This document shows positions 28,616-38,606 of a DNA stretch of 64,000 bases, in pieces. The translations under genes and the position numbers were made by a program. The stretch's first letter is position 1. Every line of letters starts with the position of its first letter. Under the pieces are notes generated by a model. It was given only the letters and a program-made list of their open reading frames with translations. It searched no databases and had not been told where the DNA came from. This DNA comes from Longimicrobiales bacterium (GTDB lineage: Bacteria > Gemmatimonadota > Gemmatimonadetes > Longimicrobiales > Gaopeijiaceae), in assembly GCA_965203485.1 (NCBI GenBank), contig OZ241892.1, positions 736,001 through 800,000 on the forward strand. Direction: 5' to 3'.

Positions 28616-30979
28616 ATGCGTCGATTCCGCTTCGTCGTCTGCAGTTGCCGTTCCGTTGTCCGCAGTTGCCGTTCCATTGTCTGTGGTTGCCGTTCCACGG
28701 CATCGAGCCGTTGCCGAGAGTCGTGGTCCGCGTCCAAGCGTTGCTTGACTTGCCGCGTCGCTCTTGCGACGGCGGCGACCGGCGCGTGCCTGCCCATGGC
28801 GTGGGCCCGCGCATCGGCGGCGGTCCAGGAGGAGGCGCCCCAGCAACAGGTCGTTCATGGAGTCGTCCGCGACGCCGACACCGGCCTCGCGTTGGTCGGG
28901 GCCTTGGTGTCGCTGGTCGGAGGGCGGGGTTCCGCTCTTACGGGAGGCGACGGCGCCTTTCGCATGGAGGTGGTCGGCGCCGCGGCACGGGAGATCCGCG
29001 TGGAGCGGCCGGGCTACGGCAGTCGGACGGTGTCGCTGGCCGAGGACCGGGGCGCCGATCCCGTCGTGGTCGAACTCGTCGCGTCGCCGATTGCGCTGGC
29101 GGGACTGGTGGTGACGGGCGCGATCAGGGCGCGAACGGCGGAGGAGACGTTGCGTCCCGTCAACGTCGTGGCGGGCGAGGAGCTTCAGAGCCGTCTGGAG
29201 GGAACGGTGGCGAGCGCGCTGGCGGGTCAGCCCGGGCTGGCCGTCGCGACGATGGGGCCGGCCACGGCCCGTCCCGTGATCCGCGGCCTGGGCGGCGATC
29301 GCGTGCTGATCCTGGAAGACGGCGTTCGGGTCGGGGACGTGTCTTCGAGTGCGCCGGACCATGCGATGGCCCTGGACGGATCTTTGGCGCGCAGGGTGGA
29401 GGTCGTCCGCGGGCCGGCGACGCTGCTGTACGGGAGCAATGCCCTGGGAGGCGTGGTCAACGTCATTCGCGACGAGATCCCGACGACCGTGCCGGATCGG
29501 CTCTCAGGCTTCGCGTCGCTGCGCGGTAGCACGGCCAGCGCGTCGCTTGCGGGAAGCGCGGCCTCCACGTTCCGGGTTGCCGACCGTGTGCCGTTGCGGA
29601 TCGAGGCGTCGGGGCGCAGGGCGGGGGACCTCAGGACGCCCGTCGGCGTCCTGAGGAACACCAGCGCCAGCAGCTGGAACATCGGTGCGGGCGCGTCGTA
29701 CGTCGCCGACTGGGGTTACGCAGGCGCGGCCTTCCGGTCCTACCGCAACAACTACGGCATCCCCGGAGGGTTCACAGGAGGACACGAGGAGGGCGTGGCG
29801 ATCGAGATGGAGCACATATCCACCAAGCTCCGGGCCGTCGTGGACCAGCCAGCGGGCCCTTTCGAAACGATCGAGCTTCACGGCAGCTACACGTGGTACC
29901 GCCACCCGGAGATCGAGCCCCCCGACATCCTGGGCACGCTCTTCAAGTTGCAGACGACCACCGTGGAGACGCTCGCCCGCACGTCTCCCGGCGGGCCGTT
30001 TTCGGCCGGCGCCGTGGGAGCTCGAGCGTCCCGGGAAGAGTTCGGGTTCGGCGGCGGCGTGCACACGCCCGACACCCGTCGCACCACGCTGACCGGATTC
30101 GCCGTTCAGGAGATGGAGTTCGGTCCGGTGCGCGTCGAAGGCGGGCTGCGATACGAATGGACGAAGACCGACCCGCTCCAGGACGACCCGGATTCGGAGA
30201 TCGGCGCCGTTCGGGACCGAAACTTTCCCGCCATGTCCGGATCGCTCGGCATCTTGTACAGCGCCGGCTCGGGCATGGTCCTGGGCGCAACCGCCGGTCG
30301 ATCCTCCCGCACGCCGGACGTGAACGAGCTCTATTCGGAGGGGCCGCACTTGGCGGCGTACTCCTTCGAGATTGGCAACCCCTCGCTGGACGTCGAAACC
30401 GGCAACGGCCTGGACCTCTTCGTCCGCTACGGCGGAGAGCGGTTGCGCACCGAGGTCACGGGCTTCTACAACGCGATCTCGGGCTACATCTACGGTCGGT
30501 ACACCGGCGAGACGAGCCGCGTGCAGTTGCCGATCTACCAGCACCGGGGCAATGACGCCGTGCTGGCCGGGTTCGAGGCCGCGGTGGACGGCGACCTGGG
30601 CCGGGGCTGGGCCTTCTACGGGGCCGCGTCCTATGTGCGGGGCGAGCTGGAGGACACGGGAACGCCGTTGCCGCTGATCCCGCCGTTGCAAGGGCGGCTC
30701 GCGGTGGAGCACGAGCGCCCGGCTTGGTTCGTCCGCGCCGAAGCCGACATCGCCGCCGAGCAGGACAGGGTGGACGAGTTCGAGGTGCCCACCGACGGGT
30801 ATGTCGTCCTCCACGCCGCCGCCGGCGCGCGCTTCGCAATGGCGGGCCGCTTGACCGTGCTCACGGCCAACCTGCGCAATGCCACCAACCAGACGTATCG
30901 GAACCATCTCTCCCGGATCAAGGAGATCATGCCCGAGGCCGGGAGGAGCCTGTCGATCGCGTACCGCGTGATCTTCTAA
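28616..30979 (+). CDS. TonB-dependent receptor, probable metal uptake
   Basis: CarboxypepD-like N-domain; plug motifs RPVIRGLGGDRV and RVEVVRGPATLLYGSNALGGVVNV; ELYSEGPH; GNPSLDVE; N.TN..YRNH; C-terminal F. Confidence 0.92.
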   Translation: MRRFRFVVCSCRSVVRSCRSIVCGCRSTASSRCRESWSASKRCLTCRVALATAATGACLPMAWARASAAVQEEAPQQQVVHGVVRDADTGLALVGALVSLVGGRGSALTGGDGAFRMEVVGAAAREIRVERPGYGSRTVSLAEDRGADPVVVELVASPIALAGLVVTGAIRARTAEETLRPVNVVAGEELQSRLEGTVASALAGQPGLAVATMGPATARPVIRGLGGDRVLILEDGVRVGDVSSSAPDHAMALDGSLARRVEVVRGPATLLYGSNALGGVVNVIRDEIPTTVPDRLSGFASLRGSTASASLAGSAASTFRVADRVPLRIEASGRRAGDLRTPVGVLRNTSASSWNIGAGASYVADWGYAGAAFRSYRNNYGIPGGFTGGHEEGVAIEMEHISTKLRAVVDQPAGPFETIELHGSYTWYRHPEIEPPDILGTLFKLQTTTVETLARTSPGGPFSAGAVGARASREEFGFGGGVHTPDTRRTTLTGFAVQEMEFGPVRVEGGLRYEWTKTDPLQDDPDSEIGAVRDRNFPAMSGSLGILYSAGSGMVLGATAGRSSRTPDVNELYSEGPHLAAYSFEIGNPSLDVETGNGLDLFVRYGGERLRTEVTGFYNAISGYIYGRYTGETSRVQLPIYQHRGNDAVLAGFEAAVDGDLGRGWAFYGAASYVRGELEDTGTPLPLIPPLQGRLAVEHERPAWFVRAEADIAAEQDRVDEFEVPTDGYVVLHAAAGARFAMAGRLTVLTANLRNATNQTYRNHLSRIKEIMPEAGRSLSIAYRVIF
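28635..28698 (+). repeat. Three 21-bp tandem repeats in the 5' end of the receptor gene
   Basis: gtctgcagttgccgttccgtt / gtccgcagttgccgttccatt / gtctgtggttgccgttccacg, encoding VVCSCRS-VVRSCRS-IVCGCRS. Confidence 0.8.
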
Positions 30980-31021
30980 CCCTCACGTACCACCACCACG
31001 TACCACCAAGGAGACCAAAGC

Positions 31022-31507
31022 ATGGAGAAGCATCGCAAGAACCGCCTCGCAGCCCTGACCGTCGTCGCCTTCGCGGCCTTCTCCGCCGCGTGCGACGACC
31101 CTGTGGTGCCGCCCGACCAACACGCCGAGCCCGAGGGAGTCCAGGTGCTCGTGGACGGCACCGTGGTCGCCACCTACGACGGCGACGCCCAGTCCTGGAC
31201 CGGCGAGCTGGAGGTCGAGGCCGGCGAGGAGAGCGGCATGGTCGAAGTCCGGTTCGTGGATCACGACGGCGACGCGATCCCGATCGACGACGATCTCTAC
31301 CTGGAGGTCGACGTGGAGGACACGAGCATCGCGGAGTTCCACCACGAACCCGCCCCAGGCAGCTTCATGGGCCACTTCGACGGCAAGGTCGAGGGCGAAA
31401 CCGACGTCGTGTTCAAGCTCATGCACGGCGCCGTCGGCTCGGGGCATTCGGACTTCACCACCACGGCCGTGCACATCCACGTCGAAGCAGCACAGATGAC
31501 GGACTAG
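31022..31507 (+). CDS. Acidic, His-containing lipoprotein
   Basis: AAGGAG RBS, lipobox FSAAC, several His residues (QHAEPEG, FHHE, LMHG...GHSDF); directly downstream of the receptor. Confidence 0.8.
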   Translation: MEKHRKNRLAALTVVAFAAFSAACDDPVVPPDQHAEPEGVQVLVDGTVVATYDGDAQSWTGELEVEAGEESGMVEVRFVDHDGDAIPIDDDLYLEVDVEDTSIAEFHHEPAPGSFMGHFDGKVEGETDVVFKLMHGAVGSGHSDFTTTAVHIHVEAAQMTD

Positions 31508-31619
31508 ACTAGAGACTAGAACCCCCGCGCGCGGGGTGCCGTCACGGGCCGAGGCTGGCTAAATGCCCCGCGCGCGGGCGCCGGTTTTCCGGTGCCCCCT
31601 GGCGTCGCGTTGCCTTGGT

Positions 31620-33356
31620 CTAGCTTGGCGGCTCTGGCGGGATGGCGTCCAGCAACTCGGTTGCGCGGCGACGGTCCGGCTTTCCGGCGCCCGTCAAGGG
31701 GACTGCGGCTACGATGGCCACGCGCCGCGGGTGGGCGTAGGCGGGTCCGTGCGCGAGGGCATGGCGCTTCAGCGCTTCCGGCGTGGCCTTGGACTCCGGC
31801 GCGACGACGACCACGGCGGCGGGCACGTGGCCCTTCACGTCGTGGGGAAGCGGAACGACGACCGCGTCCAGCACATCGGGATGCGACAGCAGCAGGTCCT
31901 CCACTTCCTTGGGGTAGATATTTTCGCCGCCGGAGCTGAACATGTCGTCGGTTCGGCCTCGGAAGTAGAAGAAGCCGTCTTCGTCTCGGTGGAAGAGGTC
32001 GCCGGTGGCCAGCCAGCCGTCGTCGATGCGTGCCACGGTCAAGTCCGGAAGGTTGCGGTACTCCGCGGCGACGCCCGGGTTGCGCACCCAGAGTTCGCCG
32101 TCGCTGGGGTGCTCCGTCCCGTCGCGAACCAGCTTCACTTCCCCTTCGGGCCACGCGGCGCCGCAGCTGCCCACGGGAACCGGAGTTCCGTCCGGCGGCG
32201 GCCCCAGCATGACCGGTCCTCCTTCCGTGAGGCCGTAGCTCTCCCCTGCGTCGACGCCGAATGCGCGGGAGACGGCGTGCACGAGTTCCGGTTGAACCGG
32301 CGCCGATCCCAAGGTCGCGGTGCGGAGCGCGGAGAAGTCGAGGCGTCCGATCAAGTCCTCATGGCGCAACAGCATGGCGAAGACCGCCGGGACCGCGCTG
32401 ACTCTCGTGCAACGGTGCTCGCTCAAGGCGCGCAGGAAGGGCTCGGGCGCGAAGCCGGGGAGGATCACGACTGAACCGCCCGCCTGCAGCAGCGGCTTCA
32501 CCGCGCCCGCCATCGCGTTCTTGTGATAGAGAGGGACGGCGACCAGCGCGCGCTCGGACGGGTCCGCCGGCCAGTGCCTCTCCAGGCAGCGGACCCACCA
32601 GACTTGTCCCTCGTGCGGGAGGACGACGCCCTTGGGCTTGCCGGTGGAGCCCGACGTGTACGGCAGGAAGGCGACGGCCCGCGGCGGCAGGCAAGGCGGC
32701 TCGAACTGAGCCGGCGCACACGAGAGCTCGCTTTCGTAGTCCCGCCAGCTCCCCGCGCCCGCCCGGTTGCGCGGGCGACCGGCGGCGGCGTCCTGGCCGG
32801 TTCGCGCGCAAGCGCCGACGCGCCAGCGAATCCCTATGCCCGCGTCTTCCACGACTTGCGCGGCCCTCGGGGCGGCGTTCGGCTCCACGAACGCGGCCCG
32901 GCACCCCGAATCCGACACGACGTGCCGCAGCGACTGGGCGCTCAGCTTGTAGTTCAAGGGCACGGGCACGGCGCCCCGGCGCATGGTGCCGAACATGATC
33001 TCGACGAACTCGAAGCGGTTGCCCACGCCCAGCGCCACACGCTCTCCGGCCTCCACGCCTGCGGATTCGAGGAGCGCCGCCACGCGGTCCATCCGTTCGC
33101 CGAGCTCGCGGTAGGCGATCCGGCGCGGCATTGGGCGCGAAAGGTCGATCAGCGCGACGTGGTCTGGAAATCGCTCGCACGCGCGCCAGCACCAGTAGCC
33201 CAGGTTGTCGTCTCGGCGGGGGTCCGGGTCTCGTGCCCAGTCCGGGCCGCCGCGCAACCCGGCTTGTTCCAACGCTCCGTCGCCGCGCGGTTCGGGCCGT
33301 CCAGCCGGTTCGGGCGCTCGGTCCCCGTCCGTTGCGGGCCCAGCGTCCGGAGTCAA
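31620..33356 (-). CDS. Class I adenylate-forming enzyme (acyl-CoA synthetase)
   Basis: YTSGSTGKPKG, YGLTE, TGD, GR.DD...SGGENIYP.EVE and GK motifs. TTG start overlaps the upstream stop. Confidence 0.9.
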   Translation of the reverse strand: MTPDAGPATDGDRAPEPAGRPEPRGDGALEQAGLRGGPDWARDPDPRRDDNLGYWCWRACERFPDHVALIDLSRPMPRRIAYRELGERMDRVAALLESAGVEAGERVALGVGNRFEFVEIMFGTMRRGAVPVPLNYKLSAQSLRHVVSDSGCRAAFVEPNAAPRAAQVVEDAGIGIRWRVGACARTGQDAAAGRPRNRAGAGSWRDYESELSCAPAQFEPPCLPPRAVAFLPYTSGSTGKPKGVVLPHEGQVWWVRCLERHWPADPSERALVAVPLYHKNAMAGAVKPLLQAGGSVVILPGFAPEPFLRALSEHRCTRVSAVPAVFAMLLRHEDLIGRLDFSALRTATLGSAPVQPELVHAVSRAFGVDAGESYGLTEGGPVMLGPPPDGTPVPVGSCGAAWPEGEVKLVRDGTEHPSDGELWVRNPGVAAEYRNLPDLTVARIDDGWLATGDLFHRDEDGFFYFRGRTDDMFSSGGENIYPKEVEDLLLSHPDVLDAVVVPLPHDVKGHVPAAVVVVAPESKATPEALKRHALAHGPAYAHPRRVAIVAAVPLTGAGKPDRRRATELLDAIPPEPPS

Positions 33357-33544
33357 GCCTGGTCCTCGTCCTCGGGCTTTCCCTTGTCGGGAACCGCCAG
33401 CGCCAGCACGCACGCGAGCGTGACCGCGCCGCCTCCTATCGCCCAGGCCCAGCCGTTGCCCGTGCGTATGATCGAAGAGATGCCCCAAAGAGCCGCCAAG
33501 TTGGCCACGAGGTTGAGGCCCAGGCCCCAGACGCGCAACCTCAA
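33353..33544 (-). CDS. Small two-TM membrane protein
   Basis: 63 aa with two hydrophobic segments; fills the gap within the operon. Confidence 0.6.
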   Translation of the reverse strand: MRLRVWGLGLNLVANLAALWGISSIIRTGNGWAWAIGGGAVTLACVLALAVPDKGKPEDEDQA

Positions 33545-33575
33545 CGCCCAGCCCTCCGGCCGCAGTCCGGCAGGC

Positions 33576-34916
33576 TCACGACGACCACCACCCCAGCCGG
33601 TTGAACACCCAGGTGATGGCCACGGCGTTCAGCAGCGTGACTTGCAGCAGAATGCCCAAGTTCCACACGTAGGAGCCGGTTCGGTCGCGGCCCAGAACCT
33701 TGCGGTCGTTGAGCAGCAGGTACATGGACCAGCCTACGACCGTGTTGGCCATGGACATGCCCGCCGCCACGGCAACCACGAACCACACCGGGTTCACGTT
33801 GAAGGCGCCGACGAGCGCCAGTTGCGGCAGCAGGATGCAAGCCCGCCATCGCCAGGACGATGTGTCCGGTTCCCACCCGAACGCCTCGTGCAAGGCCATT
33901 GCCCCGGCCACGCTCATCACCACCGTGGACGTGACGGGAACCGCCAGGAATCCCAAGTAGAACAGGACCTCGGACCAAGTCGGGCCGAGCAGGGGCACAA
34001 GCGCCGCGGCCAGCTCCTTCGCCGTCCCGGGCACGTCGCCGCCGAAGTCCGTCGCGGCGAACACGGACACGACCAGGAAGTTCACCACGACAAAGGGCAC
34101 GAACAATCCCGCCACCAAGTCGAAGCGCGCGAGGGATTCGTGCTTTCTGCCCCACCCGCGCACAAGTCCGGCGTAGTTGAACAGCACCCAGTCCATGACG
34201 ACCACGGCGGCGGCCGTCGTGGCGATGAACAAGTCCAGTCCTTCGCCGCCGCCGGGCAACCAGGGCACGAAGAACCCGCGCCCCGCCGCGCTCCAGTCCA
34301 CGCCCACGATCAGGAGAACGGCGCCGAAGGCGAGCACCATGATCCCGACGGCCGCCTTCATCGCGCCCTCGACGAACCGCGTGCCCTTGCCCCCCTTGCG
34401 GCCGTAGCTCAGCGCCAGCCAGCTGGTGGCCAAGCCGTAGACGATCCAGTTCCACTTGGCCGGAAACGACACGCCCGCGAACGGCGCCAAGGACTCGATC
34501 AGGTGGGTGCCCAGGGCAACTTGGCCCAGGTTGAAGACGACCGCCACGGCCACGGTGCCTACCAGTCCGGTGGCCAGCGATCCCACGAGCCAGCCGTGCC
34601 GGCGGTTCTGCACTTGAATCAGGCGAAAGCCGCCCCTGCAAGTGAAGCGCGCGCTCGCGGCCATGAGGAACAAGCCCAGCCCGGCCGACAGCCAGACCAG
34701 CCAAAGCGTCCGGTATCCGTACTTGGCGCCCGCGATCATCGCCGTCGTCATGGTGCCGGCGCCCAGGGTCAGGGCAGCGGTCATGACGCCGGGGCCGGCC
34801 AGCCGCGCGTATCCGCCTATCCGGCTATGGACGGGCGCGGACGCCAGCGACTCCAGGCGGGTTGCTTCGGCGTCCAGGTCCCGGCGCGGAATGCGCCGGG
34901 CGATGGGATAGGTCAG
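33576..34916 (-). CDS. NRAMP/SLC11-fold transporter (start uncertain; CTG at 34916 or ATG at 34784)
   Basis: AGPG...AA.TLGAG......AGAKYGY..LW N-terminus, about 11 TM segments, and LLNDRKVLG near the C-terminus. Confidence 0.82.
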   Translation of the reverse strand: MTYPIARRIPRRDLDAEATRLESLASAPVHSRIGGYARLAGPGVMTAALTLGAGTMTTAMIAGAKYGYRTLWLVWLSAGLGLFLMAASARFTCRGGFRLIQVQNRRHGWLVGSLATGLVGTVAVAVVFNLGQVALGTHLIESLAPFAGVSFPAKWNWIVYGLATSWLALSYGRKGGKGTRFVEGAMKAAVGIMVLAFGAVLLIVGVDWSAAGRGFFVPWLPGGGEGLDLFIATTAAAVVVMDWVLFNYAGLVRGWGRKHESLARFDLVAGLFVPFVVVNFLVVSVFAATDFGGDVPGTAKELAAALVPLLGPTWSEVLFYLGFLAVPVTSTVVMSVAGAMALHEAFGWEPDTSSWRWRACILLPQLALVGAFNVNPVWFVVAVAAGMSMANTVVGWSMYLLLNDRKVLGRDRTGSYVWNLGILLQVTLLNAVAITWVFNRLGWWSS

Positions 34917-35944
34917 ACGGTCAGGATCGATTTTCCGAACACCTTTCGTTCCTCGAGTTCGGCCATCGCTTCGCCTATCCGTTCAAGCGGACGCACGGCG
35001 TGGACCGCGGGATCCAGTTCGCCGCCGGCCACCATGTCGAGCAGCCGCGCCAGCCCCGGGCGACTCCAGCCGTCGGAGCCGAGAATGGTTTGTTCGAAGC
35101 TCCATATGTAGCGGATGTCGGTGGGCGGATCGTACCCTGCGGTGGCCCCGCACGTCACCATGCGGCCTTGGAACCGCAAGACCTTCAAGCTGGCCGCCCA
35201 GGTGTCGCCCCCGATGTAGTTGATCACCACGTCCACGCCGTCGGTGCCACGGTCCAGATAGCGGGGACGGCCCGCGATCTCCCGCACCGCCTCGACCCAG
35301 TCGCCGGTACGCGACGGCAACACGTGGTCGGCGCCCATCGCCGCGAGCTTGTCGCGCTTCCACTGGCCGCGTCCCGTGGCCAAGACCTTGGCGCCCGCGC
35401 GCTTGCACAACTGCACGCAACATGCGCCGACGCCCCCCGTGGCCCCCAGCACGAGCACGGTTTCGCCTTCCCGCACCTTGGCGCGTTCCTCGACGACCCG
35501 TTGGGCGGTGCCATACGCCACCGGGACGGCCGCCGCCGCCTCGAAGGAGACCTCCGCCGGTGCCGGAACCAAGTTCTCCAGGGGGACCGCAACGTACTCG
35601 GCCGCCACGCCCGGCGCCTTTTCGCCCATCATGCCCCGGCCCGCCACGACGGGGTCGAGGACGGCTCTGTCGCCCACCCGCCACGCACCCTGGTCCGTGC
35701 CGGCGCCGAAAGCCGCCACCTCGCCCGCCGCGTCGCCGCACGGGATCATCGGAAACGGCACCCGGATGCGCGTGGTCCCGTGCAGCATCATGGGGTCGAA
35801 GCCGTTCAGCGCCACGGCCCGGACGCGCAGCAGCGCTTCGCCCGCCGCCGGTTCGGGGCGCGGCACGCTGCCCACGTACAGCTCGTCAACGCCGCCGTGG
35901 CGGTCGTAGAGAGCGGCGCGCATCTGCGGCGGCGGTTCGGCCAT
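34913..35944 (-). CDS. Medium-chain dehydrogenase/reductase (quinone oxidoreductase-like)
   Basis: P.P..GE.L.RV.A..LN..D, G.D.AG.V, GATGGVG and FGK.IL motifs. Confidence 0.9.
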   Translation of the reverse strand: MAEPPPQMRAALYDRHGGVDELYVGSVPRPEPAAGEALLRVRAVALNGFDPMMLHGTTRIRVPFPMIPCGDAAGEVAAFGAGTDQGAWRVGDRAVLDPVVAGRGMMGEKAPGVAAEYVAVPLENLVPAPAEVSFEAAAAVPVAYGTAQRVVEERAKVREGETVLVLGATGGVGACCVQLCKRAGAKVLATGRGQWKRDKLAAMGADHVLPSRTGDWVEAVREIAGRPRYLDRGTDGVDVVINYIGGDTWAASLKVLRFQGRMVTCGATAGYDPPTDIRYIWSFEQTILGSDGWSRPGLARLLDMVAGGELDPAVHAVRPLERIGEAMAELEERKVFGKSILTV

Positions 35945-35947
35945 GGA

Positions 35948-36385
35948 TCAGCCCGGCTTCGACGAGTAGGCGCCCCGGCCCAAGGCGCACAGCCGTCCTT
36001 GGTGGTCGCGGATCTCCACGTCGGCCACCGAGATCGTCCGCCCGTAGCGGCGCAAGCGTCCCACGGCCCGCACGTACGGACCCGTGGCCGGGCGCAAGTA
36101 GTCCACGTGCAAGGAAATGGTGGGCACGCCCCCGCCCGCCCGGACGGCCACCGCCATGTCGCCGGCGACGTCCGCGAGCGACGCCAGCGGTCCCCCGTGG
36201 AAGACCGTCTCGTCGCCCCGCGTCAGCTCCGGCCGCAGAGGCATCTTGAGCGTCACGGCGGCGTCGCCCGCGGGCTCGGCGATCTCTTCCAAGACCAAGC
36301 CGAGCGCGGCCGTGGCCCGAGAATCGGCCAGGACCGACTCGATCATGGCGTGTAGGGAGCGGGGGGCGCTGGGCATGGGTCTCAT
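35948..36385 (-). CDS. PaaI-family thioesterase
   Basis: HGG.LASLAD and T..L.VDYLRP hotdog-fold motifs. Confidence 0.88.
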   Translation of the reverse strand: MRPMPSAPRSLHAMIESVLADSRATAALGLVLEEIAEPAGDAAVTLKMPLRPELTRGDETVFHGGPLASLADVAGDMAVAVRAGGGVPTISLHVDYLRPATGPYVRAVGRLRRYGRTISVADVEIRDHQGRLCALGRGAYSSKPG

Positions 36386-38606
36386 ACTACGGCCTCCGGC
36401 GGTGTCGGCGGAAGGCGGGGGCGGGGGGTCGCCCACGACGCCGAGCAACGCGAGGCGATCTTGTCGGGCCTTGCAGCGGCCAAGACTCGCAAGTCAGTCG
36501 TCGAGTCTTTCCGCACGCAGGGTTGTCCGGGCCCCGGAAGTCCTGGCATCCCCAGAAGGGCTCGTCCGTGGCGCGGTTGCGTCGGATCGTCATCGGCTTC
36601 GGAATCCTGCATTCGCAGAGCGGCACCTCCTTCTTGCATGCGTGGTTCGTGCATTGTCCTCTCCTTCTGTTCAATCTACGAACGATGCCCTTCTGGCAAT
36701 GGGGACAACGCCGCTCCGTGTGGCCACAGGGCTTGGCGCCTGCGATGTCCGCGTCCGTGAGCCGGAAGCTCGTGCACCCGACGAAGACGCGTCCGTCCTG
36801 TTTCGCCGCCCGGCCCACTAGCCGCCCGCGTTGTCCCGCCGCGGCACACTTCGGGCACGGCGTGTCGCCCTGGCATGGCTCGAGCCAGTCCGCGAGTTCG
36901 GCTTCGCCGATGCCGTACTCCCGATTCTCGTCCCGCCACAGCTCGTCGAACAGAGCCGTATCCGCCGCATCGGCTGGCGGCTCCACGACGTAGGTCGTTG
37001 CTCTTGCTCGTGTCAGCGCGACGTACCAGACTCTGCGTTCCTCTTCGGGTCCGTTCGCGCCTGTCGGCAGGAGTGGGCGCAGTGCACGTTCGAGCGCGTT
37101 CTCGCGCGACTCTTCCTTGACCTTACGGTCGGATCCCTGCACGAAGACGACGTGGTCCGCTTGCGACCCCTTGGCGCCGTGCACCGTCAAGGTTTCTAGG
37201 TCGAGCGCCACGTCGGCCCGGTCGGCTTCCGCTCGGAGCGCTCGGTGGTCGAGACCCTCCGCCACGTTCTGCAGGGCGCGTTCCCGTGCGGCGTCGCGCA
37301 CCTCTTCTTCGTCGTGCTCGCTCACCCAGTGCGGGATCTGCCACGGCTTCTCCCTCCACTCTTCAAGCACGCTTCGCCATTCCTCGCTCGCAGGTCGGTC
37401 CCTGTCGGCGACGGTGTTCCGCCGTCTCGCCAGGAGCAGCACTCTTGTGTCCTGCCCGCAGCTGTGCCTCTTCTCCCCGATCTTCCGCAATATCGCCCGA
37501 ACGGCCGTCTCCGCCGACTCTTCTCCCGCCGACACGCCAAGGCGTCTTGCGCCCTCGGCGGTGATCGTCCGTCCGACGATTTCGGTCGCTACGCCGAAAT
37601 CATCCTTGTCCTCGTCTCCTTCGATCTTCTTGTCGACCGCGTCGGGGTCGCCAAGCGCCCAGTGGCGCGTGGCGTCCGCACGCGCTTTTCCGAATCGCCA
37701 AGTCCGCGTGAGATCCGTCCGTTCGCATGCATCTCCTTTCTTCGAAAAGTCCCGCGTATATCCTGGATCGCCTCCCTGGAACCCGTAGATCGACTGCCAG
37801 TCGTCTCCCACCACGCAGAGCGATGGACGGCTTCCACAGCTTCCTCCATGCTTGCTCAATGCCCGGACGAACCGCTCCTGCGCACCGTTTACATCCTGCC
37901 ATTCGTCCACGATCACCATGTCGAACTCCGGACGAATCTCTCCGGATTCCAGAACTCTTGTCGCGTCGAGCACCATCTTCTCGAAATCGGTCGTTCCCGC
38001 GCCTTCCAGATGCGCATCGTAGCGCGTTCCAACCGCTCGGGCCAACACGGCAAGAGCCCGTGCCTCGTCTCTCGCGTTCATTCCATCCATCTCTTTAATC
38101 CGTCTTCTGATGTCGGCCTCTTCAAGACCGCAACGTCCTGCGGCGAACATCCATTCGCTCACTTCCTGGACGACGGTCTGAATCGTTTGCGCGTCCGGCG
38201 TCCAGCCGTCGTCCTTGCACGGAAACAGTCGCTTGAGCTCTCCGGGATCCCAACCTGCCGCGCTTGCGACGGCCTTCATCACCGTGCAGTCCCAGTCCCT
38301 GTCACCATTGAGTACTTCTTTGTACTGGCCCCATCTCGTCTCGGCGAGACGCGTGTTCAGCGTCTTGTGGGCCTGTCGCTTGCGCGACATGTCTTCGATG
38401 TATTTTTGGGGGTCATCCCACTCTTGGGGCGGATTTCCTTTTTCGTCGATGCCCCAGTGCTCCAGCCAGACAATGACATCTTCGCCCAGAGTGATCTTGA
38501 AGTCCGGCCGATATCCCTTTTTCCAGCACTTGTCCTTCATCTTGGCCACTTCAGGCCGTTGCGTGCGCTCCTCTTCCGACGCGGGTGCCTCCACGTAGGC
38601 TGCTTC

